Source: a virus (lineage: Duplodnaviria > Caudoviricetes). Taken from it: a stretch of 37,500 bases of DNA. The DNA is taken from IMG/VR virus record IMGVR_UViG_3300038393_000710, positions 1 to 37,500 of that record. One strand, given 5' to 3'. Below are positions 9,721-18,944 of this stretch, piece by piece. Each line of letters begins with the position of its first letter. Position 1 is the stretch's first letter. The notes beneath the pieces are model-generated. The model made no database searches, was not told where the DNA came from, and worked only from the letters and a program-made list of their open reading frames with translations. The translations under genes were made by a program, and so were the position numbers.

Positions 9721-9916
9721 TCTCAGGCTCCTTCACTTGATTATCGGTAACCGCAGCGGACCTGCGGACTCTATGCTTCGCCGGCCGCGGATACTGGGCA
9801 GCCGGATAGCGGTCTGACTTGACCGGCGAATAGATGCCGGCCTCGATCTGCCACGCTCCCTCGAGCGCGTCGAACTCATGACCGGTATCCCGGTCCTTCA
9901 CGCGGATGTAAGCCAC
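9713..9916 (-). CDS. Hypothetical protein
   Basis: 67 aa (YIRVKDRDTGHEF), overlap-coupled to the major tail gene. Confidence 0.7.
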   Translation of the reverse strand: MAYIRVKDRDTGHEFDALEGAWQIEAGIYSPVKSDRYPAAQYPRPAKHRVRRSAAVTDNQVKEPENG

Positions 9917-9929
9917 GCACGCCTCCGAA

Positions 9930-10313
9930 CTATGGGGAGAGGACAGCCCGCCACTCGAGCGGCTGATACAAGGGATGCAAGCCAGTACCCGTGTCGGTCA
10001 CGTCGCGGTCCTCAAGGACTGGCTGCCCATTCGGCACCTCCTCAAGGCGCACGCCTTGCAATCGCGCACCCTCAAGGCTCCGGCGCACCCTGTCGGCAAC
10101 GATCCGCACAGACGCCGCCGTAAGCCCTACGCACGTCGTCTGCGCCCGGAACGCCCGCGACTGCGGGGAGCGTGTTATGGACCGCTCGACCGGGCCGGTG
10201 AACCCGGACAGGGCCAGCACGTAGGGGAAGGTTGGCTTGTCCGGCACGGTTCCCTCGTAGACCGTCAGCCCTGAAAGCTTGGACAGGAACTCAGTGACCA
10301 CCGCCTCAGCCAC
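9930..10313 (-). CDS. Tail terminator
   Basis: VYEGTVPDKPTFPYV motif and synteny; start inferred from an 8-nt overlap with the upstream gene. Confidence 0.7.
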   Translation of the reverse strand: MAEAVVTEFLSKLSGLTVYEGTVPDKPTFPYVLALSGFTGPVERSITRSPQSRAFRAQTTCVGLTAASVRIVADRVRRSLEGARLQGVRLEEVPNGQPVLEDRDVTDTGTGLHPLYQPLEWRAVLSP

Positions 10314-10710
10314 CGACACCAACCCCCAGTCGCGCCATGATCGCGGATGCCCGCTCCAGGTTGCGCCGGAAGGCCGGTGCTGCCGTATTGAGAGCGCCTG
10401 CAAGGTCGCCGGAGCCGCCTCCACGCGACGTGCCGAAGTAGAAGATGTTGCCGAGGGCGCCACCGCGACGGGCCTTGTCCGGGCCAATCACATAGGCAAT
10501 CGACCCGATAGCAGGAGGCTTCGCCTCTGCCGTGATCGAACGAGCCAGCCCCTTGAAGTGCGGCGACCACCTAGCGCCCTCAATGAGCAGCTTCCTCACA
10601 TCCTCTGCAGCCTCTTTAACCACTGGCTCGATGAGGCGATCCGCATAACCCGGCACCCGGCCCATATCCTGCGCCAGATCTCGGAGCTGTGAGAGATCAA
10701 CATCAGCCAT
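10306..10710 (-). CDS. Neck/tail completion protein (HK97 gp10-like position)
   Basis: MADVDLSQL..., IGPDK..GGALGNIFYFGTS motif; synteny. Confidence 0.7.
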   Translation of the reverse strand: MADVDLSQLRDLAQDMGRVPGYADRLIEPVVKEAAEDVRKLLIEGARWSPHFKGLARSITAEAKPPAIGSIAYVIGPDKARRGGALGNIFYFGTSRGGGSGDLAGALNTAAPAFRRNLERASAIMARLGVGVGG

Positions 10711-11111
10711 CAGCCTTGCACCTCCTCGATAGGAAGCCGCTGCGCGGTCGCCCACGTCTTGTGATGCTCGCCCGTGACCCGGTACGTCCGGCCGGCCAAC
10801 TGCGCGTCATTCACTGCCGAGGTCACCACCACGACATCGCCCGAGACGATCGGCCCAGCACTCACCGGAACGTGAAGCTGTAGCGCCTGCACAATGAAGG
10901 CGTGCTCACCGGCCTCCGGCGACTGCCCAGCAGCCGCACCAGGAGTTGACTGCATCTTGCACGGGCCGCTGTAGACCACCGAATACGACGGCGACACGGC
11001 GCCGGTGTCGGGGTCAGTGACCGACCCCGTAACCCGGCGAACCTCGCACGCATCAACCATCAGAGACTCGGCACGGGCACGGAACCTCTGCAAAGCGTCC
11101 GCGAAACTCAT
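10710..11111 (-). CDS. Head-to-tail stopper
   Basis: MSFADAL...AESLMVDAC..YSGPCKMQ..TAQRLPIEEV; synteny. Confidence 0.75.
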   Translation of the reverse strand: MSFADALQRFRARAESLMVDACEVRRVTGSVTDPDTGAVSPSYSVVYSGPCKMQSTPGAAAGQSPEAGEHAFIVQALQLHVPVSAGPIVSGDVVVVTSAVNDAQLAGRTYRVTGEHHKTWATAQRLPIEEVQG

Positions 11112-11491
11112 GCCGCACCAAACGGGCGGATCGTGAACGCATCGCCCGAAACGGTGGGCAGAATCAAATCCCACTCGTCCGAAGTCAGGAACAACGCCCC
11201 AGACGACAGCGAACCGTCAACCGTCCGGGTCTCCGTCGCGTCATCAATCCCAGTGGTGACCGTCCGCAGACCCTCCGGGTTACGGAGCACACGGATAACA
11301 GCCTGAGACACCACACGCCGGACAGCAGCCTCACGCACCGTCCCCAAAACAATCAGCGCATCAACATCCGGGATACGCTGCGCGATCTCCGCTTCCAGAT
11401 CATCAATCCACGCACCAGCCGCCGCGGACTCAGCGGCGGTGAGAGGGCGCATCAGGCGCACCTCGACATCAGCCGTGGTCGTATAAGCCAC
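11108..11491 (-). CDS. Head-to-tail adaptor
   Basis: YTTTADVEVRLMRPL, RVLRNPEG, LFLTSDEW motifs; GGAGG RBS. Confidence 0.85.
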   Translation of the reverse strand: MAYTTTADVEVRLMRPLTAAESAAAGAWIDDLEAEIAQRIPDVDALIVLGTVREAAVRRVVSQAVIRVLRNPEGLRTVTTGIDDATETRTVDGSLSSGALFLTSDEWDLILPTVSGDAFTIRPFGAA

Positions 11492-11506
11492 AGCGCCCTC
11501 CCATCG

Positions 11507-11653
11507 CTACTCGCTCTTGCGAGGCCGACCGCGCCGCTTGGGCGCGTCCTCGGCCTTCTTCTCCGGCTCCGTGAACCCCGCCTCAAGCAGCCGGCCGACG
11601 AACGCATCAGCGACATCGACCGGCTTGCCCGTAGACGGGTTGATCAGGATCAC
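11507..11653 (-). CDS. 48-aa protein with C-terminal AT-hook (KRRGRPRK)
   Basis: Hand-translated MILINPSTGKPVDVADAFVGRLLEAGFTEPEKKAEDAPKRRGRPRKSE; GTGA overlap with the capsid stop; below the ORF-track cutoff. Confidence 0.75.
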   Translation of the reverse strand: MILINPSTGKPVDVADAFVGRLLEAGFTEPEKKAEDAPKRRGRPRKSE

Positions 11654-12552
11654 GGCGCGGTAGTGGCGCCCGTGAGCTTCACGAAGTGAGCGCCGTCGCG
11701 GACAGCGAAACCGACCTCAATCTCAGCCAGGATCGCGAACATGTTGCGCTGCCACAGGTTGAGCTGCGTGCCGCCCTTGTTCACGGTCGCCTGATCCGAC
11801 ACGGAGACCTTGATGCCCTCAACCGAGCCCCACACAGCCGAGCCGGCGAAGTCACCGGCAAAGCCGATGGTGTCCGCGGCCGGGTCGGTCGGGTTGTTGT
11901 AGACAGCCTTGGCCTTGAGGACAGGACGGCCGAAGATCGACCCGATGGAACCCGAATCGGTGCGGGCATCCCGGAGGAACAGGTAGTTGCCCACCCCATC
12001 CTTCGCCGTCATGATCGTGCCCTCAGCCTGCGGGGACACCAGCCAGTGCGAAACGTCGCCACCGGCACGCCCAACAGTGGTGAGCGCGTTGGCAAGGTCG
12101 CCAACCGTGTCCGTCGCGTCAACAGCAACAGCCGAAGAGCTCGAGAGGACATCGAAGTTCGAGCCCGGCGCGGTGCCGTGAAGAACGGTCGCGTCAAACT
12201 TGCGGCCAAGGGCCGACGGCAGGCGGCGGGCAAGCTCCGCATACAGGGCCGGAAGGTCGCGGCGGAACTCGTTAGAGAACGTCTCGATCACAGCCAGCTT
12301 GTAAGGCGTGATCGACTTGCTCGACACCGTGGCGTCAGAGACCGGCTTCTCGTCCGTCTCATTCACCCAGTTAGCCGAAGCGTCCCCGGTGATCATCGGC
12401 ACCGTGACACCAGTGCCCGGGAGGTTGATGCGCCGGGCAGCCTGCATGATCACAGACTCCTGGACTGCGTTGCCCCAGATCTCCGAAGAGACATCCTTGG
12501 GAAGCAGCGCAGAAACGCCCGCGCTGCCGCGGTTAAGATCAATACCAGCCAT
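11650..12552 (-). CDS. Major capsid protein (HK97 fold)
   Basis: 300 aa; WVNETDEKP, YKLAVI..FSNEF, NLWQRNMFAILAEIEVGF motifs. Confidence 0.95.
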   Translation of the reverse strand: MAGIDLNRGSAGVSALLPKDVSSEIWGNAVQESVIMQAARRINLPGTGVTVPMITGDASANWVNETDEKPVSDATVSSKSITPYKLAVIETFSNEFRRDLPALYAELARRLPSALGRKFDATVLHGTAPGSNFDVLSSSSAVAVDATDTVGDLANALTTVGRAGGDVSHWLVSPQAEGTIMTAKDGVGNYLFLRDARTDSGSIGSIFGRPVLKAKAVYNNPTDPAADTIGFAGDFAGSAVWGSVEGIKVSVSDQATVNKGGTQLNLWQRNMFAILAEIEVGFAVRDGAHFVKLTGATTAP

Positions 12553-12578
12553 CTAGGCCAGCCCCTTTCAGGAAAAAG

Positions 12579-13085
12579 TTACGTGGTCAGGTTCTCTTCG
12601 AGGAACTTGGCGAACTGATCGGCCGTGCTGGCCGTCCCCTGCTTGCCCTTCGCGCCCTGCGACGGGTCGGGCTTCGGGGTGTTCGTTGCTCCCTTGAATG
12701 CGAGTAGCGCAGCGGCGGACGCCTCGAGTTCCTCGCGCGTGCTGCCGGTAAGCAGCCCAGCCGGCACGCCAGTCTCGGCTGCCACCTCGGCCCGGGTCGC
12801 CTTGGCCTCAAGCTCAGACGCCCTACGCTCGGCGGCCTCCAGGCGCTCAGCGGCCTTCTGCTCAGCCGTCTTCTGGGCCTCCTCAATCTCGGCCAGCTTG
12901 TCGGCGCGGGCCTTGAGGTCGTTGTAGTCGGCGTACTTGCTGCGCTCCCGGGCAAGACGCTGGGTGAGGATACGGTCAAGGTCTTCCTGAGACGTGATCG
13001 CCTCGAACTCCTTGCCCTCGCCTTCGCCCTGCTGCTCGGTGTTGTTGTCTCCCGCTTCAGCGGTGTTGTTCGTGGTCTCGGACAC
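12579..13085 (-). CDS. Capsid scaffolding protein
   Basis: ITSQEDLDRILTQRLARER..YADYNDLKA coiled coil, upstream of the capsid gene. Confidence 0.9.
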   Translation of the reverse strand: MSETTNNTAEAGDNNTEQQGEGEGKEFEAITSQEDLDRILTQRLARERSKYADYNDLKARADKLAEIEEAQKTAEQKAAERLEAAERRASELEAKATRAEVAAETGVPAGLLTGSTREELEASAAALLAFKGATNTPKPDPSQGAKGKQGTASTADQFAKFLEENLTT

Positions 13086-13255
13086 GCCGGACGCACCCCT
13101 CTCCGTTTAGCCTCGTCAGGCATTGATGTGAACCACGCAGACGGGCGCGTACCGCTTCGCGGGAGAACCGCGGAAGTCTTATCGGGCGATCGGCACATTC
13201 GATGTTCGTTTAAGCCTGAGCCGTATCCGTTGGACGCACGCTAGGCCCCGATGAT

Positions 13256-14506
13256 TTAGCCGCCCATTGCGCGGCGGGCGGTGATCTTCGCCGCCGCGTC
13301 ACCTTGGAGAATGATGCGGCGGAAGTCGTTCTCGACTGCTGCCAAGAGTTGCGGGGTGAGCTTGCCGCGGCCGAACGGGTTGCGGCCCTCACGCACGGCA
13401 TCCCAATTCGCCTGAGCGTCGAACACGCGCAGCTCAGCAGCCGTCATCGTTGCCCGGACGTTCGGGTCACGCACGCCAGTCTCACGAGCCCTCAGAACCG
13501 CCTCACGGGCGCCCACGCGGGTTCCGCCGCGCCCCAGTGCCCCGAAGCCCTCACGCTGCCCTAGGATCGCGCCCTGCGGGTTCTGACCACCCGGCAACAG
13601 GTAGCCGTAGCGCTCTAGCTCCCGAAGCGTCTGCTCACGCGACAGATTCCTCGCGTAGATCGCATCCGGCGTCAGACGCGGCCCACGAGTGTTCCCGTAG
13701 AAACCCCGCTTGGACGTGCCCTCAGACGTGACCAGACCGCCCGGCTTCATGCCCCTGCGCGAGTTCACGACTTGGAACATGTCAGAACCGTCGCGGATCG
13801 CCTGCGCCCCAGCCTTCGTGAACGCCGCATCCTGCTCAGCCTTGCTCAGCGAATGGAAATACTCGTAAGGGTCCGTCGTCCGATCGTCCGCCACGTTCTC
13901 CGTAGACGGGATATGCCGGCAATCGCACAGCGGGTGCCGCTGAAAACCCTTGTTCCACCGGTAGAACTTCCCCGCCAGCATCACGCAGCGCGAACAAGAC
14001 GGCGTGTTCAACATGCGGATATACCCGACGCCGCGACGGGAGGCGACATCAACCGACGCCGCACCCCTCCCAACATCAGCAACCATCGTCCGCAAAGACC
14101 GCTCGAGGAACTTGGAACCCGTGGCAAGCGCCGCGGCCGGCTCAGCACCGCGCCCGATCAGCGTCTTCACCCCAGTAACAGGTGAATACAGCGCCGCCTG
14201 GAGCGAACGCCCATCAGCAGACTGGCCCACGAACCCAGACGGGTCCACGAACACCTCCGGCGCCTCGTAAACGCCCTGCCCAGCAAGCGCAGAAGCCCCA
14301 TAGGACGCGCCAGCGGTGGCTGCCCGCAACTGCACCGACTCCACCAGCGGGACAAGCCTCTCAACCTGCCCCAGCCACGACCCCGAAAGATCCCGAATGC
14401 TCACCCCACGCCAGAACCGCCGCCCAAGCGCCACCGTAGCGACCTCGAGAGCGCGCATCTCACGATCAAACGCTGCCGCCGCGTCAGGCCACTGCACCAG
14501 CGCCAC
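13256..14506 (-). CDS. MuF-like minor head / capsid maturation protein
   Basis: After portal; CSRCVMLA...FQRHPLCDC motif. Confidence 0.75.
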   Translation of the reverse strand: MALVQWPDAAAAFDREMRALEVATVALGRRFWRGVSIRDLSGSWLGQVERLVPLVESVQLRAATAGASYGASALAGQGVYEAPEVFVDPSGFVGQSADGRSLQAALYSPVTGVKTLIGRGAEPAAALATGSKFLERSLRTMVADVGRGAASVDVASRRGVGYIRMLNTPSCSRCVMLAGKFYRWNKGFQRHPLCDCRHIPSTENVADDRTTDPYEYFHSLSKAEQDAAFTKAGAQAIRDGSDMFQVVNSRRGMKPGGLVTSEGTSKRGFYGNTRGPRLTPDAIYARNLSREQTLRELERYGYLLPGGQNPQGAILGQREGFGALGRGGTRVGAREAVLRARETGVRDPNVRATMTAAELRVFDAQANWDAVREGRNPFGRGKLTPQLLAAVENDFRRIILQGDAAAKITARRAMGG

Positions 14507-15842
14507 CAGACGCTATCTTGTCGGCAATGGCAGCAAGCCCAGCATCCGCAGACGCCTGCTCAGCATCGAAATAGCCGGCCTCACGCTCCTTGCGCGCATC
14601 CGACCACCCGAGCTCATCCCAAGCGCCCTCACGCGACAGGATCGGCCCGCCACCATGAAGCTTCTGCACCGCATCCGCCTTCTGTGCGAACGTCGGCGTG
14701 CCAGCGTCGAACCACTCCGTCTTGATCTGATTAGCCAGAGGCCAGTCGCCCGTGCGGAAACGCTCAGCAATGCCCTGGACCCACGCCCAACCGTCACCGA
14801 ACGACGCCGCCTTGCCCTCAGCATTCAGCACCAGCCGCGCCTCATCAGCACGAATCGCGCCCTCAGCCGCAGGATTCACGCTCGACTGCCCCAGATACCG
14901 GGTAGGCAGGCCAGTCACGCTCGCCACAAGGTTCGCGTAATGGTTCACCGTGTCATGGAAGTTCTTGAGATCCGAGGCCGTGAACTGCCCCACCTTAGCG
15001 TCCGCGTTCTGATTCGCCCAGATCGCCGAGAAATACGACTCCCACGCAGGGATCGGCGTACCATCCGCATTCACAAAGTCACCCCGGGACATGCCCAGCA
15101 CGTACTTCTGCGGAACACTGTGCGTCTCTGCCGCGATCTGGAGATTCGTCAGCGACCGCGCCGCCGCATCCACCAGTGGAATCACATCCGACATCTCAGA
15201 CTCGCCAGTCCAAATACCCGTGCGCCGCCGATTCAGGAACATCACAATCGGCACACGCCCGAGCATGTGGTCATCACGGTCATACTCGACCCACTGACCA
15301 TTGACCTTCTCAAGCCAAGACGTGGAATCCGCCGCGTACAGGGTCGCAAACGCCGCCGTACCATCGCCCGAATCGCTATAAAGCCGCAGAGCCGACGCAA
15401 TGCGCCGCGTCTTCGGATCGACCAGCGCCGAAATCTCAGCCGGAGACTCAACCGTGACCAGCGGATGCTCGGGATCATCCGGGTTGGAACCGATGCACAC
15501 AAACCCGCGCCCATAAATCAGCGCATCCTTATGCAGCAGCCCAGCCTCAGAATCAAGGTTGTTCGCGTCCCAATGCTCACGCAGGACCGAAGACGCCGTA
15601 TCCTCCCCAGGGAGAATGAACGACTTCACCCGAAGGCGCTGCTCCAGCGAATCAACCGCAACACGAGACCAATTCACCACCGTCTCAAAACGGCGAAGCT
15701 CAGGCGGAACCGCCAGACCAATATGCTCGAGCCGCTGCGACCCCGCATAGTAATTACCCAGACGATCCAGGCCCTGCTGAGCCGCAGCATTCATCGACTC
15801 AAGCGACTTGAAGGCCGCCAACTCATCAGCGGAAAGCGCCAA
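14484..15842 (-). CDS. Portal protein (SPP1 gp6-like)
   Basis: 452 aa; YYAGSQ, NWSRVAVDSLEQRL, ALIYGRGFV, GESEM motifs. Confidence 0.93.
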   Translation of the reverse strand: MALSADELAAFKSLESMNAAAQQGLDRLGNYYAGSQRLEHIGLAVPPELRRFETVVNWSRVAVDSLEQRLRVKSFILPGEDTASSVLREHWDANNLDSEAGLLHKDALIYGRGFVCIGSNPDDPEHPLVTVESPAEISALVDPKTRRIASALRLYSDSGDGTAAFATLYAADSTSWLEKVNGQWVEYDRDDHMLGRVPIVMFLNRRRTGIWTGESEMSDVIPLVDAAARSLTNLQIAAETHSVPQKYVLGMSRGDFVNADGTPIPAWESYFSAIWANQNADAKVGQFTASDLKNFHDTVNHYANLVASVTGLPTRYLGQSSVNPAAEGAIRADEARLVLNAEGKAASFGDGWAWVQGIAERFRTGDWPLANQIKTEWFDAGTPTFAQKADAVQKLHGGGPILSREGAWDELGWSDARKEREAGYFDAEQASADAGLAAIADKIASGGAGAVA

Positions 15843-15853
15843 AACGGCCTCCT

Positions 15854-16486
15854 TTACTTGAAAACGAACATGCGAGTATCAGCGGGTGCCGGCTCGCTAC
15901 CCCAACCAGCTTTGCGCGCGTCAGCGGCAGCTTCATGCGCGAGGATGCGGGCCATTGCCGCGTCGATCTTCTGATGATCCTTCGGCTTGCCTAGGACGTA
16001 CTGCTGGCCCGGCTTTGAAACCTTGCGAGCATTCGCCATATGCACCGCAACTATTGGGCACCCATCCTGCCCGATGCGCCCAGTTGATAGATCAACCTCG
16101 AAACGGCGGATGGCTTGGAACATGCGCTTAATGCTGTTGGTCGGCCACTCGAAAACGCGCTTGTCGCCGTAATCAACGCTCCACTGCCCAATTTCCGAGT
16201 ACCAATCGAACGGGTCACAGTACATGCGCCCAACTTGATACCGCGTGAAGAGCTCATCAACAGCCGCGTGCACCTCGCCTCGAGGTATACGCTCACCTGG
16301 CCATTCAGCGGGGTTCCAAATCGTCGGCCGCTTATCATCCCCGTATCGTGGAGTGAAAGTGAACCCGCTTGCCGTCTCAGCTTGGATCGCTGTCCAGTCC
16401 CCCGACTCAGAACCGTCGAACGCGAGGCAAATAGAAGTACCGTCAGGCGGATTCGGGAGCCAAGGCCGGCTCTCCGTAGACTCCAT
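15854..16486 (-). CDS. Terminase large subunit, nuclease domain (separate ORF)
   Basis: LAFDGSESGDWTA, MYCDP, KIDAAMA RNase H-like motifs. Confidence 0.85.
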   Translation of the reverse strand: MESTESRPWLPNPPDGTSICLAFDGSESGDWTAIQAETASGFTFTPRYGDDKRPTIWNPAEWPGERIPRGEVHAAVDELFTRYQVGRMYCDPFDWYSEIGQWSVDYGDKRVFEWPTNSIKRMFQAIRRFEVDLSTGRIGQDGCPIVAVHMANARKVSKPGQQYVLGKPKDHQKIDAAMARILAHEAAADARKAGWGSEPAPADTRMFVFK

Positions 16487-17438
16487 CCCACACACCAGCC
16501 TTCAACCATGCGCCGAGACCGTGCACCACACGGTTGCCGAAGAATCGTTCAGCCTGTGCCGGATCGCGCTCCACAAGCTCCGCCGCCTCTGATTCGATGC
16601 GGTCTAGGTCAATCCACCAGGAATCCCCATAGACGGCCTTGTGAATCCTGCGCCGCTCGGCCTTATTCGTGTAAGACAGCGAAACCGGCGCTTGGCGGAA
16701 GTCCCGGTTAACGTCCACGGCTCGAGACTCGAACGTCTGCTGAGCCACACTGTTCTCTGACGGGTCCCAAGCGTTGGTAGTCTCAATCGCCCGGCCGCCC
16801 ATGCCCGCAAGGCCGCGGCGCTGTGTATCAGCCAGAAGCTGCCCACCGTTGCTCTTGGTCCAAGTGCCAGTCTCATCCTGAACAACGAACGTAACGCGCT
16901 GCCCGAGGCGCGAGCGCGCCTGCGAAGTAACAGGCTCAATACGCCCACCATTCGGCAGGTTGATGCGCGTCTCACCCGTGTCCGGGATCAACTGCGACAG
17001 CTCCGGGGATTCCTCGATCATCGGCGTGAGCGCTGCATAGACGTTCGCCGTCTGATCCTCAGAAGCCGCCGTGACCTGAATCAGGGGAGTAGGCCAAGGC
17101 CGCCCAACAGGATCGCCCTCAGCATCCCATCCGCCGAAATACGTAGGCCCAACAGCCTCCGCGCAAATCAGCGCAGCTGAAAACGGCCCCTTACCCCACT
17201 TCTGCGGCCGAACAAGCTGCGAACGACGATAGAAAAACGCCGAACGCGGCGAATGCTCAGACGCCGCATCCTTCACCCGGTAGTGATGCAGCAAGAAAAT
17301 CCGCATCTCATCCGTCAAGGTGTACGGCTCGCCCATATGGTCGCCATCAGGAACAACACAGTGTTCCTCGATCCAATCTGCAACCGCAAAACCAAGCGTC
17401 GGGAACTCGCCAGGATAAGACGCACCACGCCAGCTCAC
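16443..17438 (-). CDS. Terminase large subunit, ATPase domain
   Basis: Walker A RPQKWGKG, Walker B VVQDE, coupling motif TTNA; ERFFGNR near the end. Confidence 0.9.
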   Translation of the reverse strand: MSWRGASYPGEFPTLGFAVADWIEEHCVVPDGDHMGEPYTLTDEMRIFLLHHYRVKDAASEHSPRSAFFYRRSQLVRPQKWGKGPFSAALICAEAVGPTYFGGWDAEGDPVGRPWPTPLIQVTAASEDQTANVYAALTPMIEESPELSQLIPDTGETRINLPNGGRIEPVTSQARSRLGQRVTFVVQDETGTWTKSNGGQLLADTQRRGLAGMGGRAIETTNAWDPSENSVAQQTFESRAVDVNRDFRQAPVSLSYTNKAERRRIHKAVYGDSWWIDLDRIESEAAELVERDPAQAERFFGNRVVHGLGAWLKAGVWDGVYGEPALAPESA

Positions 17439-17869
17439 TGCGCCTCCTGCTGAAACTCCTTCGCCACAACCCGTAGAGGCGGCCGCTTCGCCCGCTTCTT
17501 ATCCTCCCGGACTTCGCCAACCTCATCTGCCACAATCTCCCACCGCAGCCGAAGCATCGACATGGGAGACAGGCCTAGCCGGTCCTCCATCTGCCGCGCC
17601 TCAGAGAGCAGGGCGGCAGATAGGGTGTCGGGGTTCTCGCAGAGGCCAAGGACGAACGCATACCGGGCAACAGTGCGAGTCCACCCAAGACGCTCCCATG
17701 CAACCGCCTGCGGGGTGCGCCAAAGATCGGCCCAGACATCAGGCTCAGAAGCAGTCAGGGGCCACTTTGGCGGCTTCCCGGCGCGCCCCTCGGACGGAAG
17801 CGCCATGGACCCGGGCACGGCATTCCTGCGGCGGCGCTGATCGGCAGACTTAGGGGCCGGACCGGGCAT
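17435..17869 (-). CDS. Terminase small subunit
   Basis: MPGPAPK...RRRRN, WRTPQAVAW, EDRLGLSP motifs; GGAGG RBS. Confidence 0.85.
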   Translation of the reverse strand: MPGPAPKSADQRRRRNAVPGSMALPSEGRAGKPPKWPLTASEPDVWADLWRTPQAVAWERLGWTRTVARYAFVLGLCENPDTLSAALLSEARQMEDRLGLSPMSMLRLRWEIVADEVGEVREDKKRAKRPPLRVVAKEFQQEAQ

Positions 17870-18007
17870 TTTGGCACCTCCTAGCAGGACACATCGACTC
17901 CTCAACAGTCGATCGAGCCCCGGATGGTTGCAGCCGTTGCGGGGCACTTTCATTGAAACGAGAGCGGCGAACCGCGACCCCCAATCCCGTACACAGCCAG
18001 CGCGCTC

Positions 18008-18016
18008 TCACCGGCG
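18008..18016 (-). other. Putative cos site / 3' overhang CGCCGGTGA
   Basis: Lies between HNH and terS, next to the inverted repeat 18027-18070; matches my recollection of Arthrobacter cluster AY overhangs (unverified); strand skew flips here. Confidence 0.55.
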
Positions 18017-18026
18017 GTGTTTTGAA

Positions 18027-18070
18027 AATTGCCCCCGCTCGGCCCCACCGGGTGGGGGTAGGGGGCAATT
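18027..18070. repeat. Inverted repeat adjacent to the putative cos site
   Basis: AATTGCCCCC...GGGGGCAATT enclosing CCCCACC-G-GGTGGGG. Confidence 0.75.
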
Positions 18071-18404
18071 AGTTTGGGTCGTATCGATGTGATGCTTTGC
18101 CGGCCGCACTGAGGTTGCAGTGGGGGTGTTCGGGGCCTCGGATGGTGCCGCGGTCGTGGTCGTCGTGGCCGAGGTGCCATGGTTGGCCGGGCGTGATGGG
18201 GGAGCCGCAGCGCCAGCATGTGACGCCGCCTGCTTTGATCTTGAGTGCCCATGCTCGGCGTTGGCGTTGGTAGTCGGCGCCGTATCCGCGTTGTGTCTTG
18301 GTGCCGCGTGCTCGGTCGTGTTCGCGTTCGTGTTGTGTGCAGCGTGTGCCGGTTGCTGGGGTGGGGCAGCCGGGGTGTGAGCAGACGCGCTTAGCCCTTG
18401 GCAT
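18069..18404 (-). CDS. HNH endonuclease (packaging-associated)
   Basis: CSHPGC, RGYG, CWRCG, HLGHDD..GPEHPHCN; located before terS. Confidence 0.88.
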   Translation of the reverse strand: MPRAKRVCSHPGCPTPATGTRCTQHEREHDRARGTKTQRGYGADYQRQRRAWALKIKAGGVTCWRCGSPITPGQPWHLGHDDHDRGTIRGPEHPHCNLSAAGKASHRYDPN

Positions 18405-18891
18405 TCACAACCTCGGCTGTCACCCCGAGGATGTGTGCAAGGTCAGCAGGACTCGTGTACGTCGGTGTCTCGGTGGGCCAGTCGGCGTGTGCGGCGTTGA
18501 ACGAGGCAATGACGAGGCCGCTGCAATGGAACCCGTATTCGGTGGCCCAGTCGTCCAGCGGCTTGCGGAGGATGCCGGGCACGAGGTGTAGCGCGTCCAG
18601 CCCTGCGAGCACGAATGCGGGCCGGTTGTAGGCGTGGCCGATCATGCTGGCGGCGAACCATGCGGCGGTCTGGCGCTGCTCAGGTGTGCCGGGTTCAACC
18701 CAGATGACGTTGGGGAACTGTGCGAGTGGTAGGCGTTTGATGCCGTCGAGCTCGGCACTGGCGCATGTCCCGTCGCCTAGGTCAATGATGCTGTGGTGGA
18801 TGGGGGAGTGTGTGACTACCTTGATGAGCCGGGCTGCCCAGTCCGTCCCGCCGTAGACGAGACCGACACGGCCGACGATGCTCTCAGCCAC
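18391..18891 (-). CDS. Permuted papain-like (YiiX/YebB, NlpC/P60-related) enzyme
   Basis: N-terminal His (SPIHHSII), IGHAYN, C-terminal catalytic FHCSGLV, SPADL; GGAGG RBS. Confidence 0.7.
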   Translation of the reverse strand: MAESIVGRVGLVYGGTDWAARLIKVVTHSPIHHSIIDLGDGTCASAELDGIKRLPLAQFPNVIWVEPGTPEQRQTAAWFAASMIGHAYNRPAFVLAGLDALHLVPGILRKPLDDWATEYGFHCSGLVIASFNAAHADWPTETPTYTSPADLAHILGVTAEVVNAKG

Positions 18892-18911
18892 GGCACCTCC
18901 TTGTTGTCGCA

Positions 18912-18944
18912 CCGGCCCCGCTCTTGTGCACTGGGCGGGGCCGG
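18912..18944. terminator. GC-rich stem-loop
   Basis: CCGGCCCCGC...GCGGGGCCGG. Confidence 0.45.

Noticed and set aside
14316-15974. Long plus-strand ORFs (e.g. 552 aa here; also 3048..4463, 11686..12618, 35520..36986)
   Set aside because: Arg/Pro-rich antisense shadows of well-supported minus-strand genes, typical of high-GC DNA
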